A stretch of DNA of 64,000 nt from Squalus acanthias (taxonomy: Eukaryota). A program made the position numbers and the translations under genes. Numbering within the stretch: position 1 is the stretch's first letter; each line of letters starts with the position of its first letter. The notes beneath the pieces are model-generated. The model had not been told where the DNA came from. It searched no databases and saw only the letters and a list, made by a program, of their open reading frames with translations. Below are positions 13,420-27,050 of the stretch, piece by piece. Where the stretch lies: the NCBI GenBank assembly GCA_030390025.1, contig CM059432.1, positions 128,466,001 through 128,530,000 on the forward strand. The letters run 5' to 3'.

Positions 13420-13767
13420 ATTTTCTAGGGTAGATACAGAGAAACTATTTCCTGGTTGGAAAATCCAGAACAAGAGGGCATATTCTTAAAATTAGAGCCA
13501 GGTAATTTTGGAGTGAAATCAGGAAGCACTTTTTCAAACAAAAGGTAGTGGAAATCTAGAACTCTTTTTCCCCCAGCAGACTGTGGATGTTGGGTCAGTT
13601 GAGATTTTCAAGACTGAGATCCATAGATTTTTGTTGGATAAGACTCTTAAGGGTAATGGAACAAAGACGGGTAAATGGAGTTAAGGTACAGATCAGCCAT
13701 GATCTAATTGAATGCTGAAACAGGTTTGAGGGACTGATGGCCTACTGCTGTTCCTACATTCCTATGT
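13420..13767 (+). mobile_element. Degraded CR1 3' end
   Basis: Sense-strand similarity to the 3' end of the neighbouring CR1 (…GATCAGCCATGATCT…GGCCTACT.CTG.TCCTA). Confidence 0.7.
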
Positions 13768-13909
13768 ACTGTAACGTAGCTTCCATTAGCCTGCTATGGA
13801 GTAGAATGGGTGGAGGCCTAGTAGCTGAGGCAGTTTCCTTCATTTTCAAAAAATACTTGAATGTTTCTCAGTTGAAAGCTTATTACAAGTCTTTAAGTAG
13901 AATATATAT

Positions 13910-14690
13910 AAGAACATAAGAATAGGTGCAGGAGTAGGCCATTTGGCCCCTCGAGCCTGCTCCGCCATTCAATAAGATCATGGCTGATCTTCTACCTCAA
14001 CTCCACTTTCCTGCACTATTCCCATATCCCTTGATTCCCTTAATATCCAAAAATCTATTGATCTCTGTCTTGAATATACTCAACGACTGAGCCTCCACAG
14101 CCCTCTGGGGTAGAGAATTCCAAAGATTCACCACCCTCTGAGTGAAGAAATTTCTCCTCATCTCAGTCCTAAATGGCTGACCCCTTATTCTGAGACTGTG
14201 ACCCCTGGTTCTAGAATCCCCAGCCAGGGGAAACATCCTCCCTGCATCTACCCTGTCAAGTCCTGTAAGAATTTTGTATGTTTCAATGAGATCACCTCTC
14301 ATTTTTCTAAACTCTAGAGAATGTAGGCCTAGTCTACTCAATCTCTCCTCATAGGACAATCCCCCCATCCCAAGAATCAGTCTGGTCAACCTTCGTTGCA
14401 TTCCCTCTATGGCAAGTATATCCTTCCTTAGGTAAGGAGACTAAAGCTGTACACAATACTCCAGGTGTGGTCTCACCAGGGCCCTATATAATTGCAGTAA
14501 GACGTCTTTACTCTTATACTCAAATCCTCTTGTAATAAAGGCCAACATACCATTTGCTTTCCTAATTGCTTGCTGTACCTGCATGTTAACTTTCAGTGAT
14601 TCGTGTACAAGGACTCCCAGGTCCTCTGAACACCAACATTTCCCAATCTCTCACCATTTAAAAAATACTCTGCTTTTCAATTTTCCTACT
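13910..14690 (-). mobile_element. 5'-truncated young CR1 LINE
   Basis: ORF 13997-14401 (LSYEERLSRLGLHSLE...RRNFFTQRVVNLWNSLP). Highly similar to 55372-56125. Confidence 0.93.
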
Positions 14691-15224
14691 TATATTATAT
14701 GGGCTACAATGTGTGATAAGTATCTTTACTCTTGAGGTGACAATAAGTCAATCTGTATTTTGTAACTCTCGCTTACATAGATATTTATCCTACCTTCCTG
14801 CTGGCCCTTGCTAAACCTATTTAAGACCTTCTATTTATCAAGTTTTCATTTGAACAGCAACAAGTGCTGGTTGCTGGAATCATGCCAGTAAAAATGGTCT
14901 TGGCCCAGGAGATAACAAATGTCGGATATTGGTTTTCCCAACAGCAAATTTTATCTGCGTTTACACAGTGGTGCAGAAGAGCTTTGTGCTAAATCAGAAC
15001 AATATCTAGAAAAGTATTTTGGGATTTAATACTTGGTTTTAATCTAACTGTATCCTTCTGATTTTGAATCATTGGTTATTTTTTTTAAAGTTATTTTTAG
15101 ATAAATTGCATGTATTATGGTCTGGTAATTTAATGTCTAATTAAAATGATGGGCACAATAGTTGTATGACATAGGTATGGAAAATTACTGTTTTATTTAC
15201 CGATTGTACTTTTTAAAACTCTAG

Positions 15225-15292
15225 ATTCTGACCTCAATACTTCAACTGCGTGTGAACTTCCAACTGGAATTGTAAGAAGATCTCACCTACCG
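15225..15292 (+). other. Candidate non-coding 5'UTR exon of CYRIB (68 nt)
   Basis: ttttaaaactctAG acceptor, CCG|GTAAAT donor, no ATG, non-repetitive context. Upstream UTR exons must exist because both start exons begin with acceptors. Splice signals only. Confidence 0.35.
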
Positions 15293-16889
15293 GTAAATAT
15301 TTGCTCAGCTCCTAATGTATAGCTACTCCTTGTTTTCATCTACTATCCTCTTGGGGCACTATTAAGTTGAGCATTTCAACTTTTAAAAAGTAATTTAAAA
15401 ATATGATTTGCGCGTATAAGTATTGACCTGACATCATTTCGGCCTTTTATTTTTCACATGTTAACTATAACAAGAAAAAATGCTAGCTGCTATATTTCCT
15501 AGCATTTTCTTTGTCAGCATTGTTTGTGACAGACTGCTGAAAAATCTCAGCCTGGTTCCATTTTAATCATTATTGAAGAGATTTATACTCTCATCCCATC
15601 CATCTGTCCAAGAATACTCTAGCAATTATCTGAATAAGCTAAAAGTCCTTCACCAAAATTCATTAGTATCTTCCCCTTTCTCCAGCAGTTGAAAATCAAA
15701 CAGATGGGAATCCTGTTTTGTATTACAGAAGCATGCTGTGTGTTGTTTGTTTTTGAGGCTGAGGCATTCTTGAGGCATTTTGCCCCTTTTTGGATTTCCC
15801 TCCACTGTGTACTATCTAATCTCCAGCCGAGGAGGAAGGCTGGACCTCTTTCCAGTGACGTGCTAGATCTTGGCTACTGTATGGTTTGTTAAATGACCGA
15901 AGGTAACCCTTCCTTTACTTTTTCTCTGTGTGTGTGGAAACATCTGGCTTCTGCTTGGCGCCTCCCCATGATAGAGATGACACCACTGAGACAGAGAGCT
16001 CAACCTATGGAGGAACATGGCTGCGAGCTACCATCTCTTACCCTGGCACAGGATTTTGGGGATCAATGCACAGACAAAAGAGTTTCTTTTCAAAATTGGT
16101 TCCTTTTACTTGATACAATATGCATGCCTGTGTACTTTTTATGGCATTTTGTCTACTGACTATTCTACACAGCTTTCACAAGATAGTTGTCGATGAGAAA
16201 GGCCATTCAGCCCATTTTCTTTCACCCATCCAAAAAGACATTAGGGTCTCTTCATTACAGTATCTGATTTGTGAGTGTTCCTCATATTTCTGATTTTGAA
16301 AACAACCTAAATATTAACATTTTTTTATCTGCTCCTATGTATTTGAAGTTGTAGGTGCCAGTTTATTTCATCACTAATTTACCTGTGGTGGATATAATGA
16401 GAAAGAGGTCTGATGTATTTGTGACTTATTACTTTATTTAAAGGAATACTGTAGGTTTAGATGAGATCTAGGGAACATTCTAATATTATAGGAGGAAAAC
16501 TACGAGCTATCCAGGTTTAGAGGTCAGGAGGTCATTGTGGTATTGCGTTATTATGCAGCACTCTGAAGTGCTGCAATAAACACTTAATTTTACATTGTAA
16601 AATGACCCTTGCTGAAAGAAGCTAAATCATTTACTGAAGTAATTGATAACTTAGCTGAAGTAATACAGTACTTGTGGTCTGTAAGTATGTATAAGAGGAC
16701 AACGGATGTACATAGACTTAAATTTCTGAGCTTAACCCTGATAGGAAATTTCACAGGGATTGATAAGAGGTGGTGGAAGACTTTAGTGCAAACAAACTCA
16801 GCATAGATTTGAAAGATATGAACTTTTGTAAGAATATAAAAGTATGAAATGAGAAAAAGTCTCTTACAATTTGTGTCCAATACTGAACT

Positions 16890-19480
16890 TTACTCCGTCT
16901 TCTGAGGGAGGTGAATTATCATGGGCAAAACCTCCAAGATGATAATCCATGCAACACCCATTTACCCTAATCCATTGTTTCCTCACTGCAAACCAACTTT
17001 CTATCCATGCTGCTGCGTTTCCTTTGGTATAGCTGAATCTTTGTCGAGCCTTCTATGTGACATCTTATCAAATGCCTTGTGAAAATTCATATACACTTCT
17101 TCTACATTGATCTATCCAATTGGCCACCTCAAAAAAAATGACCAAACTTGTCTAATCCGTCTCTCCTTTAACAGATCCATGCTAGTTGTCCTTAATTATC
17201 CCATACCTCTCTAAATGATTAACAATTTGATCGAATTATGGATTTTAAAAATTTACACACAAATGACATTAGACTAACCAGTTTATAGTTACCTGATTTA
17301 TTCTCCCTTTCTGTTCTTGAACAGAGGTGTTACATTGGCTGCCCTCCAGCACTGTGACATCATTTGCATATTTAAGAATGATTGAAAATTTTTGACATGG
17401 GCTCTGCTATCTCCTCTGACTTCCTTCAACAGCCTGGGATGTTACCTCATTAGGGACCGAGTGGTCTACTCACATTGATTTTTTTTTTAAAGGACCTATT
17501 TGCTTTTTGTAGTTATCGCTAACAATTGTTTTACATCTTTCTCCAGTATACCTACATTTTCACTTCCACCATCATCGTATAAAAATTGATGCAAAATATT
17601 TATTTAATATCTCCGCCATGCCTTCATAGTCCACAGTTGGATTTCCCCATCATACTTAAGCAGTCCCATCGTCTCTATATTTTCTTTTGCTTAATAGGTT
17701 TATAAACATTCTTGCAAGCATTTTCATATTCCTTTTTAGCCCTTCTCACCTCATCACAACACTTACTATTATTTATGATTTTCTTTAGTATTGGCCCTAA
17801 TGTTATCATATACCCCCTTTTATGTCTGTTTCATTTTAATGAGGGGAATTTTAGCCAGGAAAAGGGTGGGTTGGGGTCGTGGGGGTAGTTAAAGTGCTAA
17901 TAAGGTGAAACCCGACCTCAACCCGCCCACTTCTGGTTTTAACGGAGATGGGATGGGGGCGGGCAGCCAATCTGCTACCAGGAGGCGGGCCATCTATTTA
18001 AATATTATACTGAGGCTGGAAGCCTCTGATTTAACCTCCATTTTGAATTTAACTTTAGCTGGTCAGGTTTTGCATGCCTCGTGAAACCTGCCAGCTAAAG
18101 CAAGACGAGGACTACTGGATCTTTGCACTTGCCTTTACACTTACCTCCTGAATCCAGCGCCCCACCTCCTAAATCCAGTGTCCCTACCTAACCAACTCTC
18201 TGCGATCGGAGATCACCCTGCAGGCCTCCGATTTCCCCCATGAAGCCTCCCCACTCCACCAGGCCCGTGATCTCCGTCTCGGCTCTCCCCCCTCCCCCTT
18301 GCTCCTCTGGGCCCGCAATCTGTCTCGCTTCCCCGCCCCCCCCCCCCCTTCCAGGCCTGTGACTCTTAATCCCCCCATGCCTTAAGGCTGCCCCGATCTT
18401 TTCAAACTCCCTGCCCCCGATCTTTTCAGACCCCCCCTCCCCCTTACACCTCAAGGCCCCCGGCCCCCACGCGATCCCTACCTCCCTCTGTGTAGCCTAG
18501 TGCTGCGGGCCTACTTGCCCGGAGCCAGCCAGCCTCTCAATCTGGCTGGCTGCAGGTGGGATAAAGAGGGTTCCCATGCAAATCTGGCCCGGCCGTTAAA
18601 TTCAGCAGGACCTGCAGGAAACCCGTGCTCCCGGGTTTCCCGACCGCCTCTGAGCCCCCCCACCGCCCCAACCCGCCTTCCCCATTAAAATTCAGCCCTA
18701 TATCTCTCTCTATCCATGGAACTCTATTCCCTTTTGCCTTGTACTCCATGCATCTCATACTTGAAGAGTCCCCATGCTAATCATTTGTCATGTTTGCTAA
18801 CTTTTCTGCCCAGTTAATTTGAGCCAGATCCTCGCTTACCTTGGTGAACTTGGCCTTTTTTTTGGCCCTGCACCAATATCTTTGACACTTCATTATCCTT
18901 TTCTATTTTCATATTCAACCTGACTATGTTTAGTCGCGGCTTACTAATTACTCTGCTGCTCTTGTGCAAGTTATTTACCCCACTTCATCTCCCTGAACTA
19001 AGTCAACAAATGTTTCTTTTTTGGACTGGGGAGCAGGTTGGAATGTTTCTTGTCCAACAAACATACCAAAAGGTGTTTTTTGCTTTGACCACGTACTTTA
19101 CCTTTATCACAGTCTATCTGGAGATAGTTAAAATCGCCCAATTTTATTGTTTTGTTCTTGCATATCTCCTTCAGCTGTCTACAAGCTGCTTCCTCTGTCT
19201 CACCTTCACTGTTTGGTAGCCTGTGATGAATTGTACCATTTCCTGCCTATTCTTTAACTCTGTCCATATGGATTCTGTCTGAATGCAACCCCCTAGAACT
19301 TGCTTGAATTCTAGTGATGTTTTAGAATCCTTTATTAATACTGCCATCCCACCCCTCCCTACTATTTAAAAATGTTATAATCAGGAATATTAAGTTCCTA
19401 GTCCTGTCCAAACCCAAACCATGTTTCCATTATAGCTACTATATCATATTCTTCTATAGCTATTAATGCACCTAACTTTC
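16890..19480 (-). mobile_element. Old degraded CR1 (EN-RT region), interrupted by a MITE at 17841-18698
   Basis: Decayed similarity to 56400-58200, e.g. CTTATCAAATGCCTTGTGAAAATTCATATACAC and GACATTAGACTAACCAGTTTATAGTTACCTG. Confidence 0.6.
17841..18698. mobile_element. Harbinger-like MITE
   Basis: Termini GAGGGGAATTTTA and TTAAAATTCAGCCC. Subterminal inverted GGGTGGGTTGGGG / CCCCAACCCGCC. C-rich core with repeated CCGATC motifs. Confidence 0.65.
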
Positions 19481-20085
19481 CAGATTCGTTTTGAATGCTA
19501 TGTGCATTCGCATTCCTAGTTTTCTCAATTTTCTTTTTGATATCCCTTGCCCTTTCTACAAAGGTGTTTTTATCTCTCTACCTCAAAGCTTCTTTCTTTC
19601 CCTTTCTCCTCTGGTAAATTTTCTTCCAAATAAGCTTTAACCTTCAATTCCAACAGCGTTATTAATCCTTCTCTCCCTCTCTAGTCCCAAGCCTAGACTT
19701 TCCCCAACCCCCACACGAGTTAAGGGAGTATCCAGGGAACTTTGATCAACTTAATTCAAAAGTTGAGGATTGTTGCATCTATAAATGAGTTCCTCAAATT
19801 TCAAGTGTTTTTTTATCAGTTTCTTTTTGTAAGTTGGTGACTTACACAGTCACCTGGAGGAATTGAAACAAGGGTGGAGTTTTAATGCTGTGTAACTGCT
19901 AACTGAAATTTGCCACAAAGAAAAGGAATATTTGAGCATGACCAAGTTTGTGAAATGATCAAGAAGTGCATTTCCACACTAAGCAGCGGAATTATAAATT
20001 ATGTTATTGTGCAGGAGTTGACAATTGTGGATGTTTAATGTTAAAGAATTTATGATATAAAATCGACGCTCACAAAAATAAGAAT

Positions 20086-22951
20086 AAAACCGGACGGGAC
20101 CACCCGGCATCGACCTCTGCACCGGCTACGGCACGACAACGGCACACCCAGCCCAGTCGACCCTGCAAAGTCCTCCTCACAAACATCTGGGGACTTGTGC
20201 CGAAATTGGGAGAGCTGTCCCACAGACTAATCAAGCAACAGCCTGACAGTCATACTCACAGAATCATACCTTTCAGCCAATGTCCCAAACTCCTCCATCA
20301 CCATCCCTGGGTATGTCCTGTCCCACCGGCAGGACAGACCTACCAGGGGTGACGGCACAGTGGTATACGGGAGGAAGTGGCCCTGGGAGTCCTCAACATT
20401 GACTCCAGACCCCATGAAGTCTCATGGCTTCAGGGTAAGCATGGGCAAGGAAACCTCCTGCTGATTACCACCTACCGCCCTCCCTCAGCTGATGAATCAG
20501 TACTCCTCCACGTTGAACACCACTTGGAAGAAGCACCGAGAGTAGCAAGGGCACAGAATGTACTCTGGGTGGGGGACTTCAATGTCCATCACCAAGAGTG
20601 GCTCTTCGCACCACTACTGACCGAGCTGGCCGAGTCCTGAAGGACATAGCTGCCAGACTGGGCCTGCGACAGGTGGTGAGAGAACCAACACGAGTGGAAA
20701 AAACTACTTGACATCGTCCTCGCCAATCTACCTGTTGCAGATGCATCTGTCTATGACAGCATTGGTAGCAGTGACCACCGGAGACGAAGTCCCATCTTCA
20801 CACTGAGGACACCCTCCATCGTGTTGTGTGGCACTACCACCTTGCTATATGGGATAGATTCAGAACAGATCTAGCAGCTCGAAACTGGGCACTCATGAGG
20901 CGCTGTGGGCCATCAGCGGCAGCAGAATTGTATTCCACCACAATCTGTAACCTCATGACCAGGCATATCCCTCACTCTACCATTACCATCAAGCTAGGGG
21001 ACCAACCCTGGTTCAATAAGGAGTGTAGAAGAGAAAGCCAGGAGCAGCACCAGGTGTACCTAAAAATGAGGTGCCTACCTGGGGAAGCTGCAACACAGGA
21101 TTACATGCATGCTATAGACAGGGCTAAGCAATCCCACAATCAATGGATCAGATCAAAGCTCTGCAGTCTTGCCACATCCAGTCATGAATGGTGGTGGACC
21201 ATTAAACAACTAACGGGAGGAGGAGGCTCCATGAATATCCCCATCCTCAATGATGGCGGAGCCCAGCACGTGAGTGCAAAAGACAAGGCTGAAGTGTTTG
21301 CAGCCATCTTCAGCCAGAAGTGCCGAGTAGATGATCCATATCGGCCTCCTCCTGAGGTGCCCACTATCACAGAAGCCAGTCTTCAGCCAATTCGATTCAC
21401 GCCATGTGATATCAAGAAACGGCTGAGCACACTGGATACAGCAAAGGCTATGGGCCCTGACAACATCCTGGCTGTCGTATTGAAGACTTGTGCTCCAGAA
21501 CTAGCCGCACTTGTAGCCAAGCTGTTCCAGTACAGCTACAACACTGGCATCTATCCAACAATGTGGAAAACTGCCCAGGTATGTCCTGTCCACAAAATGC
21601 AGGACAAATCCAATCCGGCCAATTACTGCCCCATCAGTCTACACTCAATCATCAGCAAAATGATGAAAGGTGTCATCGACAGTGCTATCAAGCGGCACTT
21701 ACTCACCAATAACCTGCTCACTGATGCCCAGTTTGGGTTTCGCCAAGAACACTCGGGAACCAGACCTCTTTACAGCCTTGGTCCAAACATGGACAAAAGA
21801 GCTGAATTCTAGAGGTGAGGTGAGAGTGACTGCCCTTGACATCAAGGCAGCATTTGACCGAGTGTGGCATCAAGGAGCCCTAGTAAAACTGAAGTCCGTT
21901 GGAATCGGGGGAAAACTCTCCACTGGCTGGAGTCATACCTAGCACAAAAGAAGATGGTTATGGTGGTAGGAGGTCAATCATCACAACCCCAGGACATTGT
22001 TGCAAGAGTTCCTCAGGGCAGTGTCCTAGGCCCAACCATCTTCAGCTGCTTCATCAATGGACCTTCCCTCCATCATAAGGGCAAAAGTGGGGATGTTTGC
22101 TGATTGCACAGTGTTCAGTGCCATTCGCAACTCGTCAGATAATGAAGCAGTCTATGCCCGCATGCAACAAGACCTGGACGACATTCAGGCTTGGGCTGAT
22201 AAGTGGCAAGTAACATTTGCACTACACAAGTGCCAGACAATGACTATCTCCAACAAGCGAGAGTCAAATCACCGCCCCTTGACATTCAACGCCGAATCCC
22301 CCACCATCAATATCCTGGGGGGGTCACCATTGACCAGAAACTTAACTGGACATAAATACTGTGGCAACAAGAACAGGTCAGAGGCTGGGTATTCTGTGGC
22401 GAGTGTTTCACCTCCTGACTCCCCAAAGCCTTTCCACCATCTACAAGGCACAAGTCAGGAGTGTGATGGAATACTCTCCACTTGCCTGGATGAGTGCAGC
22501 TCCAACAACATGCAAGAAGCTCGACACCATCCAGGACAAAGCAGCCTACTTAATTGGCACCCCATCCACCACCTTAAAAATTCACTCCCTTCACCACCGG
22601 CGAACCGTGGCTGCCGTGTGTACCATCTACAAGATGCACTGCAGCAACTCACCAAGGCTTCTACGGCAGCACCTCCTAAACCCGCGACCTCTACCACCTG
22701 GAAGGACAAGAGCAGTAGGCGCCTGGGAACACCATCACCATCCTAACTTGGAAGTATATCGCTGTTCCTTCATCTTCACTGGGTCAAAATCCTGGAACTC
22801 CCTAACAGCACTCTGGGAGTACCTTCACCACACGGACTGCAGCGGTTCAAGAAGGCGGCTCACCACCACCTTCTCGAGCAATTAGGGATGGGCAATAAAT
22901 GCTGACCTTGCCAGCGACGCCCACATCCCATGAACGAATATAAAAAAAAAA
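20086..22951 (+). mobile_element. CR1-group LINE with near-complete ORF2 (APE endonuclease and RT) and 3' tail, multiple frameshifts (copy 2)
   Basis: Endonuclease motifs TYRPPS and VGDFNVHH (20377-20640). RT motifs in 20826-22885 ([32 protein letters not shown]). A-rich tail at 22941-22951. Confidence 0.93.
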
Positions 22952-23182
22952 CTACTTTCTTTTGGCAGAATTTTTATTAGTGGCTTTAGCTCAGCAGCTT
23001 AGGTGTTCATTCTTCGTAAACAGTAGGTCATGGTTGATACTTATTGCATAAAATAAGTATGGGCTGATATCTCAACTTCCTCATCACCACTTTCATCAAA
23101 GAATTTAATTGACTCAATATATAAATCATGTGGGCACATATTTTCTCATTAAGTCCATACTATACTATCCTGGATTAAATAA

Positions 23183-23460
23183 AGAAAAAAAGCTTGCATT
23201 TATATAGAGCCTTATCACATCTTCAGAATGTTCCAAAACAGTTTAAAACCAATTAATTAGGAATTGTTATGTCGACAAAAGAAGCAGCCAATTTGCATAC
23301 AGGGTGGTCCCACAGACAGCAACCAATCAAACGGATGAATGAATGACTGGATACTGTGTTTTTGGTGGAGTTGGTTGAGGCAAGAATGTTGGCAAGACAC
23401 CAGAAGAAAATCCCTTCTCTTCAAGTGGTGCTGTGGATTCTTTTACATCCAGTTGAGGTC
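23183..23460 (-). mobile_element. Degraded DeuSINE-like SINE
   Basis: Decayed match to the SINE at 39951-40407. Confidence 0.6.
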
Positions 23461-24256
23461 GGTAGTATTCTGGGAAACTGGTTTGGTACTGGAGTCATAT
23501 TCATTTTAAATGCCCGAGTCTGATCAAATAAATCTGTTGCCCCCTCAAACAACTTTTATAATCCCAAGCAAGATAGAATATACCAATTCTTTATTTTTCA
23601 TCCTTACCTTTTTATTGGTCCCAATAACATCTGAAAATTGAACAGCAGGGATATTCTCCTTCTCCACCCTTTCCCTCCCCAATTTTTTCAATCTTTCCTG
23701 TGGCCTGGAATTTTATAAATTGCATTAACATACCCGTGGACTATTTTGTTGACTGGATCACACGGCCATAAAGCTGAACAAAAACAGCTAATTCTAGTGA
23801 AACCAGACTTACAATAATATTCTGCATTGCATTCTGTGTTGTAAAAAAATGGGCTGAGTAATCGTATTTTATGATTTTTAGTTTCTGATGTTTTGAAAAT
23901 AAATGTGGCAAACTCCATTTAAATTGCCATTTTAATTAATCATCTTCCTCCCTCTCCTGAGTGTTCTGGGGTATAGTTCCACAGATGGTAGCAGCCCTTT
24001 AGTAGCTACCCAAGTATAAAGATGAGCAGTGAGTTTCAGCGAGCTACATTACTGTTGATCTTGTTCTGGAATTGCTTGCTTGCTTTTATTATATCCATTC
24101 TCAAACAGTAGAATTGCAAGGAACGAATAACCTACTCGATGTAACTGGCACTACTTGCAGTGAACAGACTAGCCAATTGAATAATTCAAAGTGAACAGCC
24201 TTGTGCATCCTCTCCACCTTATCTTTAGGTACAGTTGAAAGAAAACATTAATACAA

Positions 24257-24392
24257 AAGCAAAGTGGAAAACATAAATACAAAAGTGGATGCTGGAAATC
24301 TGAAATAATAACAGAAAATACTGGAAATACTCAGCAGGTCAGGCAGAATCTGTGGAGAGAGAAACAGAGTTAACGTTTCAGATCGATGGCCT
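24257..24392 (-). mobile_element. Penelope-like pseudo-LTR fragment
   Basis: GGATGCTGGAAATCTGAAATAA...GAGAGAAACAGAGTTAACGTTTCAG, as in 11910-12020. Confidence 0.75.
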
Positions 24393-24701
24393 TTGGTTCC
24401 TCAGCATCTCTTTTGGACATCATGCACAATCTGCTTTAATAGCAGTGTAGAATTCTAAGAACTATTTCAGCATAAAATAAATCCTATTGGAGTGTGATCC
24501 GTACTATTCAAGCTATGAAAGGCCACTGATGAAGAAATGGTGCAAACATTCAATTGCCCTTTAGCAATTAATGGAGTTAGAAGTTTTAATTTGTGTCATC
24601 ACACATCAGCTGTATATTAATGGTAGATAATTTCCAGTAATATCCCATAATAATGGATTCACTATTACTTAGTAGTGTGGTCTAAGGTCCACATATATAC
24701 A

Positions 24702-24859
24702 AATGTGAGAAGTCGCACAACACCAGGTTATAGTCCTGACGAAGGAGCAGCGCTCCGAAAGCTTGTGATTTCAAATAAAGCTGTTGGACTATAACCTGGT
24801 GTTGTGCGACTTCTCACATTTGTCCACCCCAGTCCAACACCGGCATCTCCACATCATCG
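24702..24859. mobile_element. Minimal Penelope-like insertion (second family): perfect 38-bp inverted repeat enclosing a hammerhead-like core
   Basis: Arms 24699-24736 and 24786-24823 are exact reverse complements. TSD CATATATACA (24692-24701, 24860-24869). Confidence 0.8.
24736..24768 (+). ncRNA. Hammerhead-ribozyme-like core (Penelope type); 5' strand of stem I appears lost
   Basis: CTGACGA-A-GGAGC-AGC-GCTCC-GAAA-GC-TT: CUGANGA and GAAA boxes, 5-bp stem II, palindromic AGCU stem III. Confidence 0.6.
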
Positions 24860-25629
24860 CATATATACAGTTGAATGACCACAGGATATTTGGAAAATTC
24901 CATTGTATATAACTTGTGTTAACCTACTGTTGTTGGGCTGTTCAAGGGAAAATTGGTATAAGTACCCATTCTAACGAGAACCACCAACATCTGACACTAT
25001 TGATAAGTTGACTTTCAGATGCCTGCAAGAAACAAGTTAGCATGAAAAAAATCAGTGCAGAGCAGCAAAAAGCTCCCTATCTACAATTTTTGCTACCCTG
25101 TACTATAGGAAACATATTCTGGGAATGTGGAAGTAGCTAGACCAACCTACTTTCCAGGTCTCTCCCTAGACTAGTTATAACATGCCCTTGAGGTGGTGTC
25201 TGAGCATTGCTCAGATCATGATTTTGCCTTGTGAGAAATGGTGGGTATATTCCTGCACTTCGGCGGAGACTTTTTGAGCACTAATGTGCTGCACTGCCCT
25301 CAAGTGTTCATATTGCGCTGTAGAAAATTAAGGTTATGTGAAAAAGAAAGCAATATGTGTCTGCTTTATTCTGAAATTTTAAACTGTAACTTAATATCTG
25401 GTCAAAACGAAGTTGCAAGTCAGCAGAACTGAGGAGAATCGTCTTTAGCCTTACCTCTGCAAGTTAATGAGCAGATATCATTGTCCTATTTAATTTTTTT
25501 CCCAATTCGTTTAAGCCTTCGTGTTCAAACATAGTCTTATGTAACATCATCTGAGGCTTGGGGTATATGTACCTATGTAGCCAGTATTTGAACCCTGAAA
25601 ATTAATTTGAGAAAAAGTACCCATGATTT

Positions 25630-27050
25630 TATATAGGAATTGAAAAAAGACCCCAAAGTCCATCTGGTTCTCCTTCTGGCAGCCGCATGATACAATGGTA
25701 ATGGAGTTGTTGAGTAATCGTAGCAATCAATCTCTATCAATTAGTTTACAACAGTTGCAGATATGACTCAAGAAAACCCAAGTGGAACCATAGGTCCAAA
25801 GTCACCTGTTCCTCTAGTTATCTACACTTACTGTATGCCATGCCTCAAATTACTCGTGTACTATATTGCAAAATGTTATTTTCTAAAACAAATCTATCTA
25901 TTTTGCATTTGAATGAATCAATGCTAACTGCTTCCACCATAGATTGACCACTCACTCACTGAATATTGTTTCCACAGATTTGATTTTACTCACCTCTCCA
26001 CCCCCCTCCCCCGCCTTCAGTGCAGGCTGTGTCCTCTGATTCTTCTGGATAAAGAAATGCATTCCATTTATGTAGCTTGTCATGGTCTGCATTATCTAGT
26101 CCCTTTTAGAATGCTAAAAACAGTCATACCTCCTCTCAACCTTCTCTGTTCCAGTGAGAACATGCCCAAATTACATAATTGATCCTCATAATCCAATCCC
26201 TCACTCCCCTCGATCATTCTGGTTGCTCTCTTTTATATTCTTTGAATAGCTGCAATATCTTTTTCATACTGCAGCGACCAGAACTGTATATGGTATTCTA
26301 CGTGCGATCACACCAAAGTGGAAGGATTATCTCACTATTTCCGCTCAATATTGACGTTTTAAAACATCCCAACATCTGGTTTGCTTTACTCGGTGAGCAT
26401 TGTTGTGATAGGTTCAGTTTATTGAAAGAAAGAACTTGCATTTATATAGTGCCCTTCACAACCTCAGGATGTCCCAAAGTGCTTTACAGCCAATTAAGTA
26501 CTTTTTGAAGTGTAGTCACTGTTGTAATGTGGGAAACGCGGCAGTCAATTTGCACACAATAAGGTCCCACAAACAGCAGTGTGATGCGGACCAACTAATC
26601 TGTTTTTGTGGTGTTGGTTGAGGAATAAATATTAGCTTGCTCTTCGAATAGTGCCATGGATCTTCTACGTCCACCTGAGAGGGCAGATGGGGGCCTTGGT
26701 TTACCATCTCATCCAAAAGGCAACATCTCTGACAGCGTAACACACCCTCAGTACTTCACTGGAGTGTCAGCTTAGACAATGTGCTCAAGTTTCTGGAGTT
26801 GAACTTGAACCCATAACCTTGAGTGTGCTACCAACTGAGCCACATCTGACACCCGTAGCATTTTCCATGTACATTATTTTCTTTCCATTTAAGTAATAGT
26901 CCCTTTCTGGATTTTTTTGTCCTCATGAAACTACATTGAATTTCATCTGCCACCTTTCTGCCCAATTCCCAAGTATATTCAAATCCAACTGTAGCTTATC
27001 CTGTTCAGCTTTGGAGTCTACCACCTTCAATAGCTTTGTTATATTTTCAC
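25630..27050 (-). mobile_element. Old CR1 3' region interrupted by a SINE
   Basis: Decayed CR1 motifs such as CCTCTCAACCTTCTCTGTTCCAG, GCGACCAGAACTGTA and ACATTGAATTTCATCTGCCAC. Confidence 0.55.
26424..26851 (-). mobile_element. tRNA-derived DeuSINE-like SINE (SacSINE1-like), near full length
   Basis: Minus-strand head with A box TGGCTCAGTTGG and B box GGTTCAAGTTC. Tail ACATTACAACAGTGACTACACTTCAAAAAG...CTATATAAATGCAAGTTCTTTC. Confidence 0.8.

Noticed and set aside
20826..21812. 328-aa ORF as a host or domesticated gene
   Set aside because: It is part of a frameshifted LINE ORF2 with a second copy in the window.
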